Of a stretch of 64,000 nt of DNA, positions 53,321 to 64,000 are shown piece by piece (positions within the stretch are counted from its first letter, which is position 1; every line of letters starts with the position of its first letter). Below the pieces are notes generated by a model. It was given only the letters and a program-made list of their open reading frames with translations, did no database searches and was not told where the DNA came from. Where the stretch lies: NCBI GenBank assembly GCA_024679065.1, contig JAGIQG010000018.1:18538001-18602000 (forward strand), in the 5' to 3' direction. This stretch comes from Sphyrna mokarran (taxonomy: Eukaryota). A program made the translations under genes and the position numbers.

Positions 53321-53339
53321 AACACACAGAAACACACAG

Positions 53340-54830
53340 GGCAGAAGAGGTCCTTCAACCCATTGAGTCTGCATCAAGAAATAGCAGACCTACTCACCTA
53401 ATCCCATTTACCAACACTTGACTATAACCTTGAATGTTATATGTGCCAAGTGGTCATCCAGATACTTTTTAAAGGATGAGAGGCAACCTGCCTGTATTAC
53501 CCTCCCAGGCAGCACATTCCAGACCGTCACTACCTCACATCTCCCCTAAACTTCCTGCCCCTCACTTTGAACCTATGTCCCCTCCTGACTGACCCTTTAT
53601 AAGGAGAGTAGTTATTCTTTATCCACTCTGTCCATGTCCCTCATCATCTTGTACACCTCAATCAGGTCACCTCTCTGTCTTCTCTGCTCCAATGAAAATA
53701 ACCCACGCCTACCCAACCTCTCTTCACAACTTAAATGCTCCATCCCAGACAGGAACCTGGAGAATCTCCTCTGCACCCCTTCCAGTATAATCACATCCTC
53801 CCTATAATGTGGTGACCAGAGCTGCACACAGTGCTCCATCTGTGGCCTCACCAAAGTTCTACATAACTCCAACATGACCTCCCTGTTTTTACAATCTATG
53901 GCTCGATTGATATGCCATTTTTCACCACCCTACTAACATGCTCTTCCACCTTCTGTGATCACTGGATAAAAATGCCTAGGTCCTTTTGTTTCTCAGAATT
54001 TCCTAGTGACATGCAGCTCATTGAGTACTTTTTTGTCAAATTACTCCTTTCAAAGTATATCAGCTCACACTTCTCAGATTTAAATTCCATCTGTCTATTT
54101 GACCATTCCTGTATCTCAAGGCAGTCAACCTCACTGCTAACCACCTGGTCAATCTTTGTGTCATCTGCAAACTTACTAATCCTACACCCCAAGTCATCAA
54201 TATCATTTATAGAAATGACACATAATAGGGGACCAGCTCAGATCCCTGTGCTATGCGACAGGACATTGGCTTTCAGTCACTAAAACAACCTTTTGTTATC
54301 ATCTGCTGCAACTGAACCAATATTGAACCAACTCCCTCAAATTATCTTGTAACCCATGTGCATTTGCCTTCTTTAGTAAGACTCCAATATGAGACCTTGT
54401 CATGCTTTGCTGAAATCCATATCAATTAATCAACTGCACTACCCTCACCCATACACCTCATCGTCTTCTCAAAAAGTTCTATCAGATTTGTTAAGCATGA
54501 CCTCCTTCAGACAAAGCCTTGCTGACTAACCCTGGTCAAACCTTGCCTCTCAATTGGAGATAGATTCTCTCTTTTAGAATTTTCTCCAATACCACTGAGG
54601 TGAGACTCACTGATTTAACTCTACAAACCTTCTTAAATAGCAGAACCACATTAGCTGTTCTTCAGCTCTCTGGCATCTCCCCTGTGGCCAGAGAGGAATT
54701 AAAAATTTGGCTCAGTGCCCCTGCAATCTCCTCCCTTGCCTCCCATAATGGCCTGGGACATAATTCATCCGGACCTGCAGATTTGTCCACTTTTAAGCCA
54801 GCCAACACTTCCAACACTCCTGCAGTGATG
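53340..54830 (-). mobile_element. CR1 LINE ORF2 fragment
   Basis: LKVDKSAGPDELCPR..WEAREEIA; ISKFADDTKI; LVRPQMEHCVQLWSPHYRED..LEGVQRRF; RGDLIEVYKMM. Confidence 0.9.
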
Positions 54831-56226
54831 TTCCAGAATTGAACTGATATATGAGATGAAGGATTTGTTTTTGAGCAGCAAATGTTTAAGATCTGGACTA
54901 AGAGTGTAGTCATGGCAGATTCAACCAATGCTTTCAAAACAGAATTGGAAAATTATATGAAGAGAAAAAAAGTGCAGGGCAGCGGGGAAAAGGTGACAAA
55001 ATGGAATTTGCAGTGACATTCTCACAGTAAACTAGCATGGACATGAACGAATTGTCACTTTCTGTGATGTAACTATTCCACCATTCCAACAGCTCCAACC
55101 ATCTTCCTTTGCTAGCTATGATTCCAACCAGTGGAGAACATTCTTCCTGATATTCATTCAATTTTTCTAAGGTTTCTTAATGCCACACTTGGTCAAATGC
55201 TGTCTTGATTCAAAGGCAAGCAATCTCACCTCAAACTTAACAAGAATATATAGAGATATTGGAGTTAAGGTGGCTGATACAGCAAAGATACAGATTTAAT
55301 TAATGGCAAAACAATAAGTGATCAGCCAAATTGCCTCAAGAATAGCGCAGTAAGGGTTGGCAAGCCTTTAAGGTGTCATTCTTTCTTTCAATCCTTCTTT
55401 GGCTTCACCCCCTCTTTATTGCTGTCATCTCGTCTAGTCTTTCAATCTTCCAAGGTTTCTATATTCCCTCCAAGTATGGTTTTATGCATCTCCCTAATTT
55501 TAATTACCCACCATTGGCAGTCATGCCTTCAACCTCCTGAGCCCTAACATCTGGAATTGTATCCAGAAACCAGTCTGCTTTCTTTCCTCCTGCAAGCAAC
55601 GCCTTAGGTGTTTCCTCATTTGTTCCAATATCTCATCTTGAGGCTTGCTATCAAAATTTGCTTGACAACTGCACCTCTGAAATGCCTTGAGACATTTTAC
55701 GGCATTAAAGTGCTCTGTAAATGCAGTGTTGTTGTTGCGTGATCCTTTTTCCTGGTTCTGAGGTTTCCTCAGTAATTGACTTGATCTTCATTCAACAAGA
55801 GTAACAATACAAATGCAATCAGGTCCACTAATTTTTCCACTAATCCTGTGACATTGCATTGCTGTGAGTTAAATATGTAGCCTAATTATCATTGCTTAAT
55901 TACAAAATAAACACTAGGCATACCCTGCAAAATCTGAACTGCATTCATTAAAAGAGGAATTCAAGTATGAAAATTAGATTTGTTAATAAATAGCTTCCCC
56001 AATGATTCTCTTATTGAAGATCAAAGGTGTAGGCATTTTGCTTTAAGAAATATTTCCAAAATATGGCAATTTTCCTGTGCAGATTAGCTCCATTATCAAA
56101 TTGACTTTCTGTTATAATTTGTACTCATTGCGTAATGAAATGTATCTTATCACTGTGAGAAAGCAGAGAAAATTAACTAAGGTGGGGATGCTGGCAGCAG
56201 AATTTTTTTTGCAGGAATGTACTGAC

Positions 56227-56738
56227 CTGTTACAGTGTTTAACTTGCCTTGCACCCAGCTCTGCCTCCCTGGCAACTCCTCAGTGATCCTGTCTAAAGCA
56301 GGCTGAGAGCTGCTTCCAGGAGCTTGAGGGCTCCTCATCCCCTTCGCAAAGGGAGACACTTTGTCAGAGTTCTGGTCCGTTGGACTTGGAGACTGCAAGC
56401 CATTCTTGACGCCCACCAGCAGTTCCGCACCTGGCTTGAGCATTTTTTTCTGCTGTGTGGAGTGGAAGGGTTTGGCCTCTGTACTGGATACCTCTTTTGC
56501 AGGGGAGGCAGGGGATGTGGAAGTTATTGTGCTACCCGGAGTTTGGAGAGAGAAAGTAACCTCTACATGTTTCCCACTGCCTGTGCTGGTGCTCCATTGG
56601 GTTGTACTTGAGGTCCAATTGCTGCCTCCAGCTGTCTTGGGTGTGGAAATGTTTGCCATGTTGCCAGATACAGCTGGTTTTTTAATGTCCACATTAATGG
56701 ATGAACTGCGAACTGGTTTGACATCTGAGGATCCAAAA
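56227..56738 (-). CDS. MICALL2: MICAL-like protein, internal exon (Pro/Ser/Thr-rich linker)
   Basis: Acceptor ttttcag| and donor ACAG|gtcagt. The 512-nt frame is open (FGSSDVKPVRSSSINVDIKKP...SWVQGKLNTVT) and ends in phase 1, compatible with the next exon. Upstream exons (CH/LIM domains) were not found in the window. Orthology is tentative. Confidence 0.75.
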
Positions 56739-59700
56739 CTGAAAACAGAAAGTATTCAATTTTCAATTTTAATTTGTTATGTTCATCTAAATATCTCACA
56801 TACATCTAGCACACACTGCAGACATCATACTTCAAAGTGTAGCATTTAATTACAGGAATACTGGGGCAGGGGAAACCATCCAGCTCCTCAAACTAACTTC
56901 ACCATTCAAACGGACTATGGCTGATCTGCATCTTAACTTCATACATCTTAATCTGGTTCCATAACCCTTGGTGGCCTTGTCTTAGAAAAATGCTTCCTTC
57001 TCACTTTGAAATTTATCATATAACCCCTAATTTCAACAGCCTTCTGGGGAAGAGAGTTTCAGGTTTCCACTACCTGGATTCTACATAAGCTAAACAAAGG
57101 AAAATCAGCTTCTTTTGGCCTGGAGCCAGTCATTTACAAGCAACTACAATAACCTTCAAAATGAGCTCAGAAATTTACCAGGTATTGACTATTTAGATCA
57201 CTTTCTCACAGAAAGTCCAGGAGCAGTGAATCTTATTATAATGGAACAGGTATTGGTGTCCTGGATGAATGAATGCCTTGGGAAGCAGGCGTTGCCAATT
57301 CTTGTTGGTGTCTTCCTGGAGGTTTTGTCACATGACCTTCTGCTCAAACCATTCCACCCCCACACATTGGTTCATCCCAAAGGCACCTTTGCCTTCTCCC
57401 CAGTCAGACCCGGCCTTCATCATTTGGACTAAATGCGACTGTCAGTAAAATAGCTTCTTTCCCCAGTCACTAATATTTCTATAATTAGTATTTTTTTAAA
57501 AAAACTTATTCAGTTTCAAGGAGATTAATCCTCAATTAATGGAGACTCTAGGTCGATCTTAAAAGATCGGTAAGAATGTTCAGAGACCTGGCTTAGCAAA
57601 ATCGACTCAGCAAAAATGTATACTGAAAGAAGATGGCCAAAGTTTCCTTTCTGATGTAATCAGTAGTTTGAGCCATAGTTTGGGTTGGAATTCAAACAGT
57701 GCATCAGTGTTCACTGCTCAAAATGAAACTGTACTTCATACTCAAAATGAATCATTCCATTTCGATATGAACAAGTAATCGAACAGCATTAAGTGAATGA
57801 TTGCAGGTTAAACCACCAATTTAGAGAATTTGTTAAAAAAAAGCTTTTAAAAATGGGGGAAAAACAGAATCTAGTGAAAGAAAACAAGATACTTTAACAT
57901 GGAAATTGTAGTTGATTGGGTTGGTGGAACTCAGATTTTGATATCTGGTTAGCCAAGCAATACTGTGCTGTTTGTAACACTGCAGCCCACAGCAGGCATC
58001 TGTGTCCACTCCCAACAAGCTGTCCCAGAGAATGCCTGTTTGAGAAGCCCATTATCTCTATCCTAAGCTACCATGGCAGATATAAGTGCCTGGTGCGGTA
58101 ACTATTGCTGGATTTTTCTTATAGTTTTAAACCTATGGGATATTATTTGGGGAGGTTTAGCTCTGAGGTTAGGAATATAGAGAGATTTAGCATTGGGTAA
58201 ATTTAAAGATACTGTGTGCAGAGATTAAAGTAGTTAAGTGTATTTTTGGTTGGCTGTCTTGTGTATTTTATTGTTTAATAAACACTTACTTTGATTAAAA
58301 TCACCACAAAAATGTCTAGGGAATGGTCTTCACATTTTTCCTCATGTTATACCAAATTGCAAAATTCAGTTGAAAGCACGCATTTCAAGCTTCCCTTCTA
58401 GGATGTGGAATGCCCTAGTCTTTAACATCATCTGTGCTACTCAGCCATCCTTTCAGATATAGGAATCATACAGTTGCAGCAATCCATTTGGGTCCCGTCC
58501 AAATTAGTGAGAACATGTGGCTCACTTTTGCCTGAATATTGAGGGTTGGAGCCTTAGTCTAGAGATTGAATTCAGGTCAGCGCTGGCAATGCCAAAACAA
58601 AACTGACCCAGTTAGATTAATAGTGACTATCAATCAAGCAACCTTTACTCCCCATCCTTAATATGTTATATGAATTGTTTAGCAAAATGCAACAATTAAG
58701 ATCTTGCTCTGTAACACATGATTATGTTTGCTTTCAATGGACTGTGGTTGATAGGCAGACGTTCTTGCATTTCTTTGAGCTGTAGAATTCTCCTCCATTC
58801 TGTGGATGGAGGTGGTCAATAATTATATCAGTGAGCCAGCGCTCCAACTATTGAGTCAGTTACTTACATAGTCATAGTGTACAGCCATCTCTCTAGACAG
58901 GCTCACCAGCAAGTCTTTCTCTGTCTTTCACATGTACATGGTTTTTATGCATCGAGTTAATGCATCCAGTCTGGAATGCACTGCCTGGATGGGTGGTAGA
59001 AGCTAATTCAATATAGTAATCTTCAAATGGAAATGAAGGGGGAAAGATTGCAAGGGAAAGGGCAGGGAAATGGGACAAACTGGATTGCTCATTCAAAGAG
59101 CTATCACAGACATAAAGGGCTGAATGGCCTACTTCTATGCTATGTCATACAATGCATGTATGTCTCGGATTAAAATAATTCTGGATACTTTCCAGATTTC
59201 AAGCTGGAAATTGTATCCGAGTGAACAAGCTTCTTCAGTAGCTGGTATAATCTGACTGCTGTCAGGAAAACAGTGAAGCATCAACCTTTTCTAAGGACCA
59301 GACTCAATGGCTTAGTGTTAAAGTAAAGGGAAGATTAAAGCATTAAACGCCACAAATGCAGGAGATAAATCAGGTGCATGGCTGTCAGGTATACTTTGCC
59401 AATGTTATAACAGAAAACTAATCCATCTACTGATTGAGATGATAGCTTCTCATGCATTCCCTAAAGGTTGGATTCAAATTGCACTCTTTAGGAACACGTC
59501 TTCATCAAAACATTTAACAAGGATTATACTGGATTGCCCCAGTGTCATCAACAGAAACCAATCCCCATCACCAACCACTCCAGCCCCTCCCGTGGCTCCT
59601 TCAGCCCATGAGGTCCCTCCTCTTCTCATTTTTCTTTTGCAGGGCACACAACAAAGAAATTCAAATATAAGATACATGTTGATCCATTTTTTATTGAAAG

Positions 59701-60857
59701 TGTGTTATAATCTTATGACCTATCTCTAAAGGATATTCCAATCTTTGTGAGGTACACCATATCACGAAGAGTTAAAGTGACATGCTCCCCTTCTGGGCCA
59801 GGAGAGAGGTAGAAGATCAGGGGATGCAGCTTCAGTGATGTCAGTACTACAGCAGCCTAAAACTGGCCAACATCTGGAAAGTTTCCGGAAACCTGAAGCT
59901 CGGTGCAGTCTGAAATGGGCATGCAATGCATGCACCAGCAGCGGGCAGAGTAGGGGGATTATGATGTGAAACAGGACAGGGTCCTTTGATCTCATCTTGG
60001 CCTGCTTCACTGCAAGAATTGAGTATATGGCATTCCAGCCAAAACACTATTGGCGCCACCAGAGAATCCCAGCCACAAAAAGGGCAGAGGACTTTGCAAA
60101 TATCATCTGCCATTTTGGGCTTAGCAGGCCCTGTTATTGCCCTCTCTTCATCAGAGCTAGTTAAAGAAGGGTTCAGAGGCATGAGAGGGTTCTCCTTCCC
60201 AAACTAACATTCTATATAGGGAACATGATGGGACTTTCAGTGAGGTGTTTTGGTTTTATTTATGTACTGCACCAAGAGTGAAAATGCTCTGATGATTGAT
60301 ATTGGAGGAATTTGGAAACATTTTGGGATTCATATCTGAGCATTGCCTGACTTTATCAGGAAGTCAAAAGACACGGAAGGCCTGTCAGGAGAAAGCCCCC
60401 TGTCATTAATGGAGTATAGTTACAGCTCTTGGGTTCAACATTGCAGGAACACAGAACATAGCAACATTGTGGGAAAGCTGTGTACACAGCAAGGAGGAGA
60501 GGGGCTCTCAGTACAAGGACCTATTCATCTGTGTTGTGGCCTGACCAGTTTGACACTTCAATTGTAGGTGCGTCTGCTGCTGCTCCTGGTGTGTCCTCCT
60601 GCACTCTTTATCGAACCTTGAATTGAATTCTTCCTTCCAGAGTAATTGTCCATCCTACCTTATAGACTGGCACCCACTAAGCCCAGACGATCTCACATCG
60701 AAGATCATCATCTTTCAATTGGAAAGCTGCTAACAGCCTTACATTAACAATCTAATTCTGCCTCTGAGATCAGGCAGGTTCGAGCATCTTTATTTTTATT
60801 AGATTTATTCAACATGAAACACATTTACAACATCATTTGTGCCACATAATTACACTG

Positions 60858-61056
60858 TTACCAGTTTTTAGCTGCAGGAATTAAAGCCATCATTAAAGAC
60901 ATTAACGGCATTGTTATTATTCCGTTATACGGTAGTCATTGTTAATTTCTGAATCTAATAAATGGTAAAGGAATGACTGTACAATATAACAGAATGATAA
61001 CAATGTGGTTAATGCCTTTAATGATGACTTTAATTTCTGAAACTAATAAATGGTAA
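60858..61056. repeat. Fold-back inverted repeat (~83-bp arms)
   Basis: 60858-60940 is an imperfect reverse complement of 60972-61056. Confidence 0.85.
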
Positions 61057-61827
61057 AGTTCAAATTGTTGCCTATGACACACATTAATCTATTGAGTTTC
61101 TAAAACTGGTCATAAAATGCCATCTTTAAATTTGTTTCTGAATATTAAATCCACAAAGCCTAATAATGCTCTCAACAGTGTGGAAGTCAGCTGAAACCAG
61201 TACAAAGTGGCTCCTATAAGAGATTTCCAAAGCTCAGAACTCAGCAATTCTCTATGTTTGCTGCCACTTTCATATTAACATCAAACCCAAATTTGCACCA
61301 ACACAATTATGAGAGAGTGAAATTAAGTGAAAAAGAGGGGAACTAATCATTCAGGTTTCTTTAAAATTCATTCATGGGATGTAGGGGTCACTGACTATCC
61401 AGCATTTATTGTCCATCCCTAATTGTCCTTGTGAAGATGGTGGTGAGCTGCCTTCTTGAATCATTGCGGTCTCTGGAGTGTAGGCACACCCACAGTGCTG
61501 TTAGGGAGGGAGCTCCAGGATTTTGATTCAGTGACAGTGAAGGAAAAGTGACATTGTAAAAGTAAATATACTTTTTTTATGTACATATATAAAATGAGAC
61601 TTCAAAGGGAAATGATGAAATTCAAACCACTCAGGACAACCTATTCCTGACGAACTGACTGAAGAATGAGATTTAAAAATAAAGGCAGTCTTCCTAACAC
61701 ACAGAGGAGATTTTAAAAACATTGCAAAAGGCAAGCTATCAGGATTCAGGTCTGAGAGATTTCCTTCAGAATTAAATCAGAAATAAGTTCTTCACCAGTT
61801 GAATTTAATGGGAATTCTGCCTGGGTT

Positions 61828-62195
61828 GGCATGATGGCACAGTGGTTAGTACTATTGCGTCACAGTGCCAGGCACCCAGGTTCAATATCAGTCTCGGGTG
61901 ACTGTCTGTGTAGAGTTTGCACACTCTCCCCAATTCTGCATGGGTACCCTCTGGGTGCTGCAGTTTCCTCCCACAGTCCAAAGATGTGCAGGTTAGGTGG
62001 ATTGGCCATGCTAAATTGCCCCATATGTCCCAAAATGTGTAGGTTAGATGGATTAGCCATGGGAAATATGTGGGGTTATGATGATAGGATGGGGAGTGGG
62101 TCTGGGTAAAAAAATTTATTCTGTCAAAGAGTCGGTGCAGACTTGAAGGGCTGAATGGCCTCTTCTGCACTGTAAAGCTTCTATGATTCTATGAA
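61828..62195 (+). mobile_element. Near full-length HE1-type SINE
   Basis: A box tggcacagtgg, B box ggttcaatatc, V-like core, CR1-derived tail gggctgaatggcctcttctgcactgt...ctatgattctatga. Confidence 0.85.
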
Positions 62196-62846
62196 ACATT
62201 TCTGTAAAAACGTTTGAAGTTCTTCTGTGGGACAGTCCAGCCAAACAATATTGTCACACAAAATTGTAACCCACATTGAGGTGAAAACTGATAGTGATGT
62301 GGGAGTGGGGGGGAGTGAAATGTTGTGTTGGATTGTATTGTTGGATTGAATTATAGAACATCCACCTGAGCTTCGGGTTTAGCAGCTCAGCCAAAAGAAG
62401 ATAGCTTCAACAGTGTAGCACTTTCTCAGTACTGCAGTGAAATGTCAACCTAAGGATTTGTTGAAACAGGCATTGAACCCACATGCTGTTGAATCCATGC
62501 ACTTGGATGTATGACCACAAAGGGAAGATGGTGGAATAGTGCTAATCCAGAGGTCCAGCCAATGCTTTGGAGGATATGGATTCAAATCCCACCACAGCAG
62601 CTGGAGGAAATTAAATTTAATTAATAAATCTGGAATATAAAGGTAGTCTCAGTCATGGTGACCATGACAACTATCATCAATTAGTGTAAAAACCCATGTG
62701 GTTCACTAATGTTCTTTAGGGAAGGAAATCTGCTGACCTTATCTGGCCTGGCGTACACGTGACTCCAGACCCATAACAATGTGGTTAGCTCTTAACTGCT
62801 CTCTGAAAAGGCCTAACAACCATTCAATTCAAGGGTAACTAGGGTG

Positions 62847-62873
62847 CGCTTGTCAGCCTTTTGGCTAAGATCA
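62847..62873 (+). pseudogene. U2 snRNA 5' fragment heading a ~200-bp insertion
   Basis: cgcttgtcagccttttggctaagatca versus the vertebrate U2 5' end CGCTTCTCGGCCTTTTGGCTAAGATCA (25/27 identical, from memory). The rest of U2 is absent. Confidence 0.75.
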
Positions 62874-64000
62874 TGCATCTGATCAAGCCCAAAATGGGGT
62901 GCAATGACTCATTTTGTCAGCTTGGATCTTGTTTGTCTCTCTTGCGGGGACCATGAATTGGATTCAATGGGATTTTGAATTTGGTTTTTGGAGCAAGCAA
63001 GGAATGGATTTGGGTTTGTCCGGTCCATTCTGAGCATTGGCTTTGTAACGTTAGGGATGGAATAAAAAAAATTAAAAATTAGAGAGGAATGAAAAATGCT
63101 GGCCTTATCAGCAACACCCACGTCTTATGAAAGGTTAAAGAAAAGGAAAGATTGCAGGGCAATGGTGGAAGAGCAAAACTGTGGAGCTATTTCAAAGAAC
63201 TGGCACATGCATGATGGGCCAAATGGCTTTCTCCTCCTGCGATTCCATGATTCAGAAGTGAGATTACTACTAATTAAGAACAAGTTGACAAACAAGATTG
63301 GAGTTAGCGGGATACAGAGATAAAAAGTTCAATATAAAGTATTGGTTTTGATGATTCTGTTTGGGGTCTAGATCCCTGCCTGATTTGAAGGGTTACATAC
63401 ATCGCTGTGAGGTAATAAATTCCTTACCCAAGCAGTAAAGAGAAAGAGGCTGGTTCCAAACTTCAAACATTTTGGTCAACTCAACATGGTCCAAAGACTG
63501 GTCATAACTTTTCCAGAATGCCCTAGTTTGCAAGACAAATCCAGTAATAACTAGGTCCAGCCCCCAAGAGCCTCGTATGATTGGAAAACACTCTTACTCA
63601 CCTTATCTGCAATAACCCATTAGAACCATAGAAATGATATAGCACAGAAGGAGTTGTTCAGCCCATCTTGTCCATGCCAACCCAAAGATACCTAAGTGTC
63701 TTTTCTAACCTCATTTTCCTGCATTCTACTCTTATGATAAGAGGAACATTAGAAGTTTCATATTTCTCCCCACCATTATTTCCACTGAAATCAAGGGGGT
63801 GCAAGCCTCACTATTACCCATTGTACATTCTCACACAAAGTCCAGATTCACCCCAGAGTGCGCATGAGGAAACCAGAGTGATCAACATCCTGATTTTATC
63901 TACAGCTCCCCCCCCCCATGCAAGCCTTGGGCTATTCTCCACTGAGTATGCTGTTTCTGTGATCTGGCTGACCATCATCTTCAGCAGCTCAATTGCACAA

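Noticed and set aside
57178-57438. Possible further MICAL-like exon (acceptor-like tgacag, donor-like gtaaat)
   Set aside because: All three minus-strand frames contain stops.
59440-60210. Possible upstream exons or transposase remnant
   Set aside because: No recognisable CH, LIM or DDE motifs and no phase-compatible splice pair found by eye; needs a tBLASTn search.

Overview
Eukaryotic (vertebrate) genomic DNA, most likely a cartilaginous fish (shark). The inference rests on the repeat content: HE1/V-type SINEs, Deu-domain SINEs, CR1, Rex-Babar and Penelope-like elements. The only host protein-coding sequence I can support is the 3' half of a minus-strand MICAL-like (bMERB/Rab-binding domain) gene. 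It has 8 phase-compatible GT-AG exons from 56738 down to the TAG at 43210 and is closest to MICALL2, but it is divergent and has a MICALL1-like tail. Positions 1-43000 are non-coding: decayed retroelements, MITE-like elements, several minisatellites (58, ~31, 39 and 18 bp units), low-complexity tracts with three N gaps, and TAAT-rich unique blocks that look like developmental enhancers. Most ORFs in the track are artefacts of repeats. The most notable items are the divergent MICAL-like paralogue, a ~200-bp insertion headed by the 5' end of U2 snRNA, a CR1 family carrying a SINE-like core in its 3' UTR (two copies), Penelope terminal repeats with hammerhead-ribozyme cores, and an intronic fold-back element. 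Repeat boundaries are approximate, and family names come from recalled consensus motifs, not database searches.
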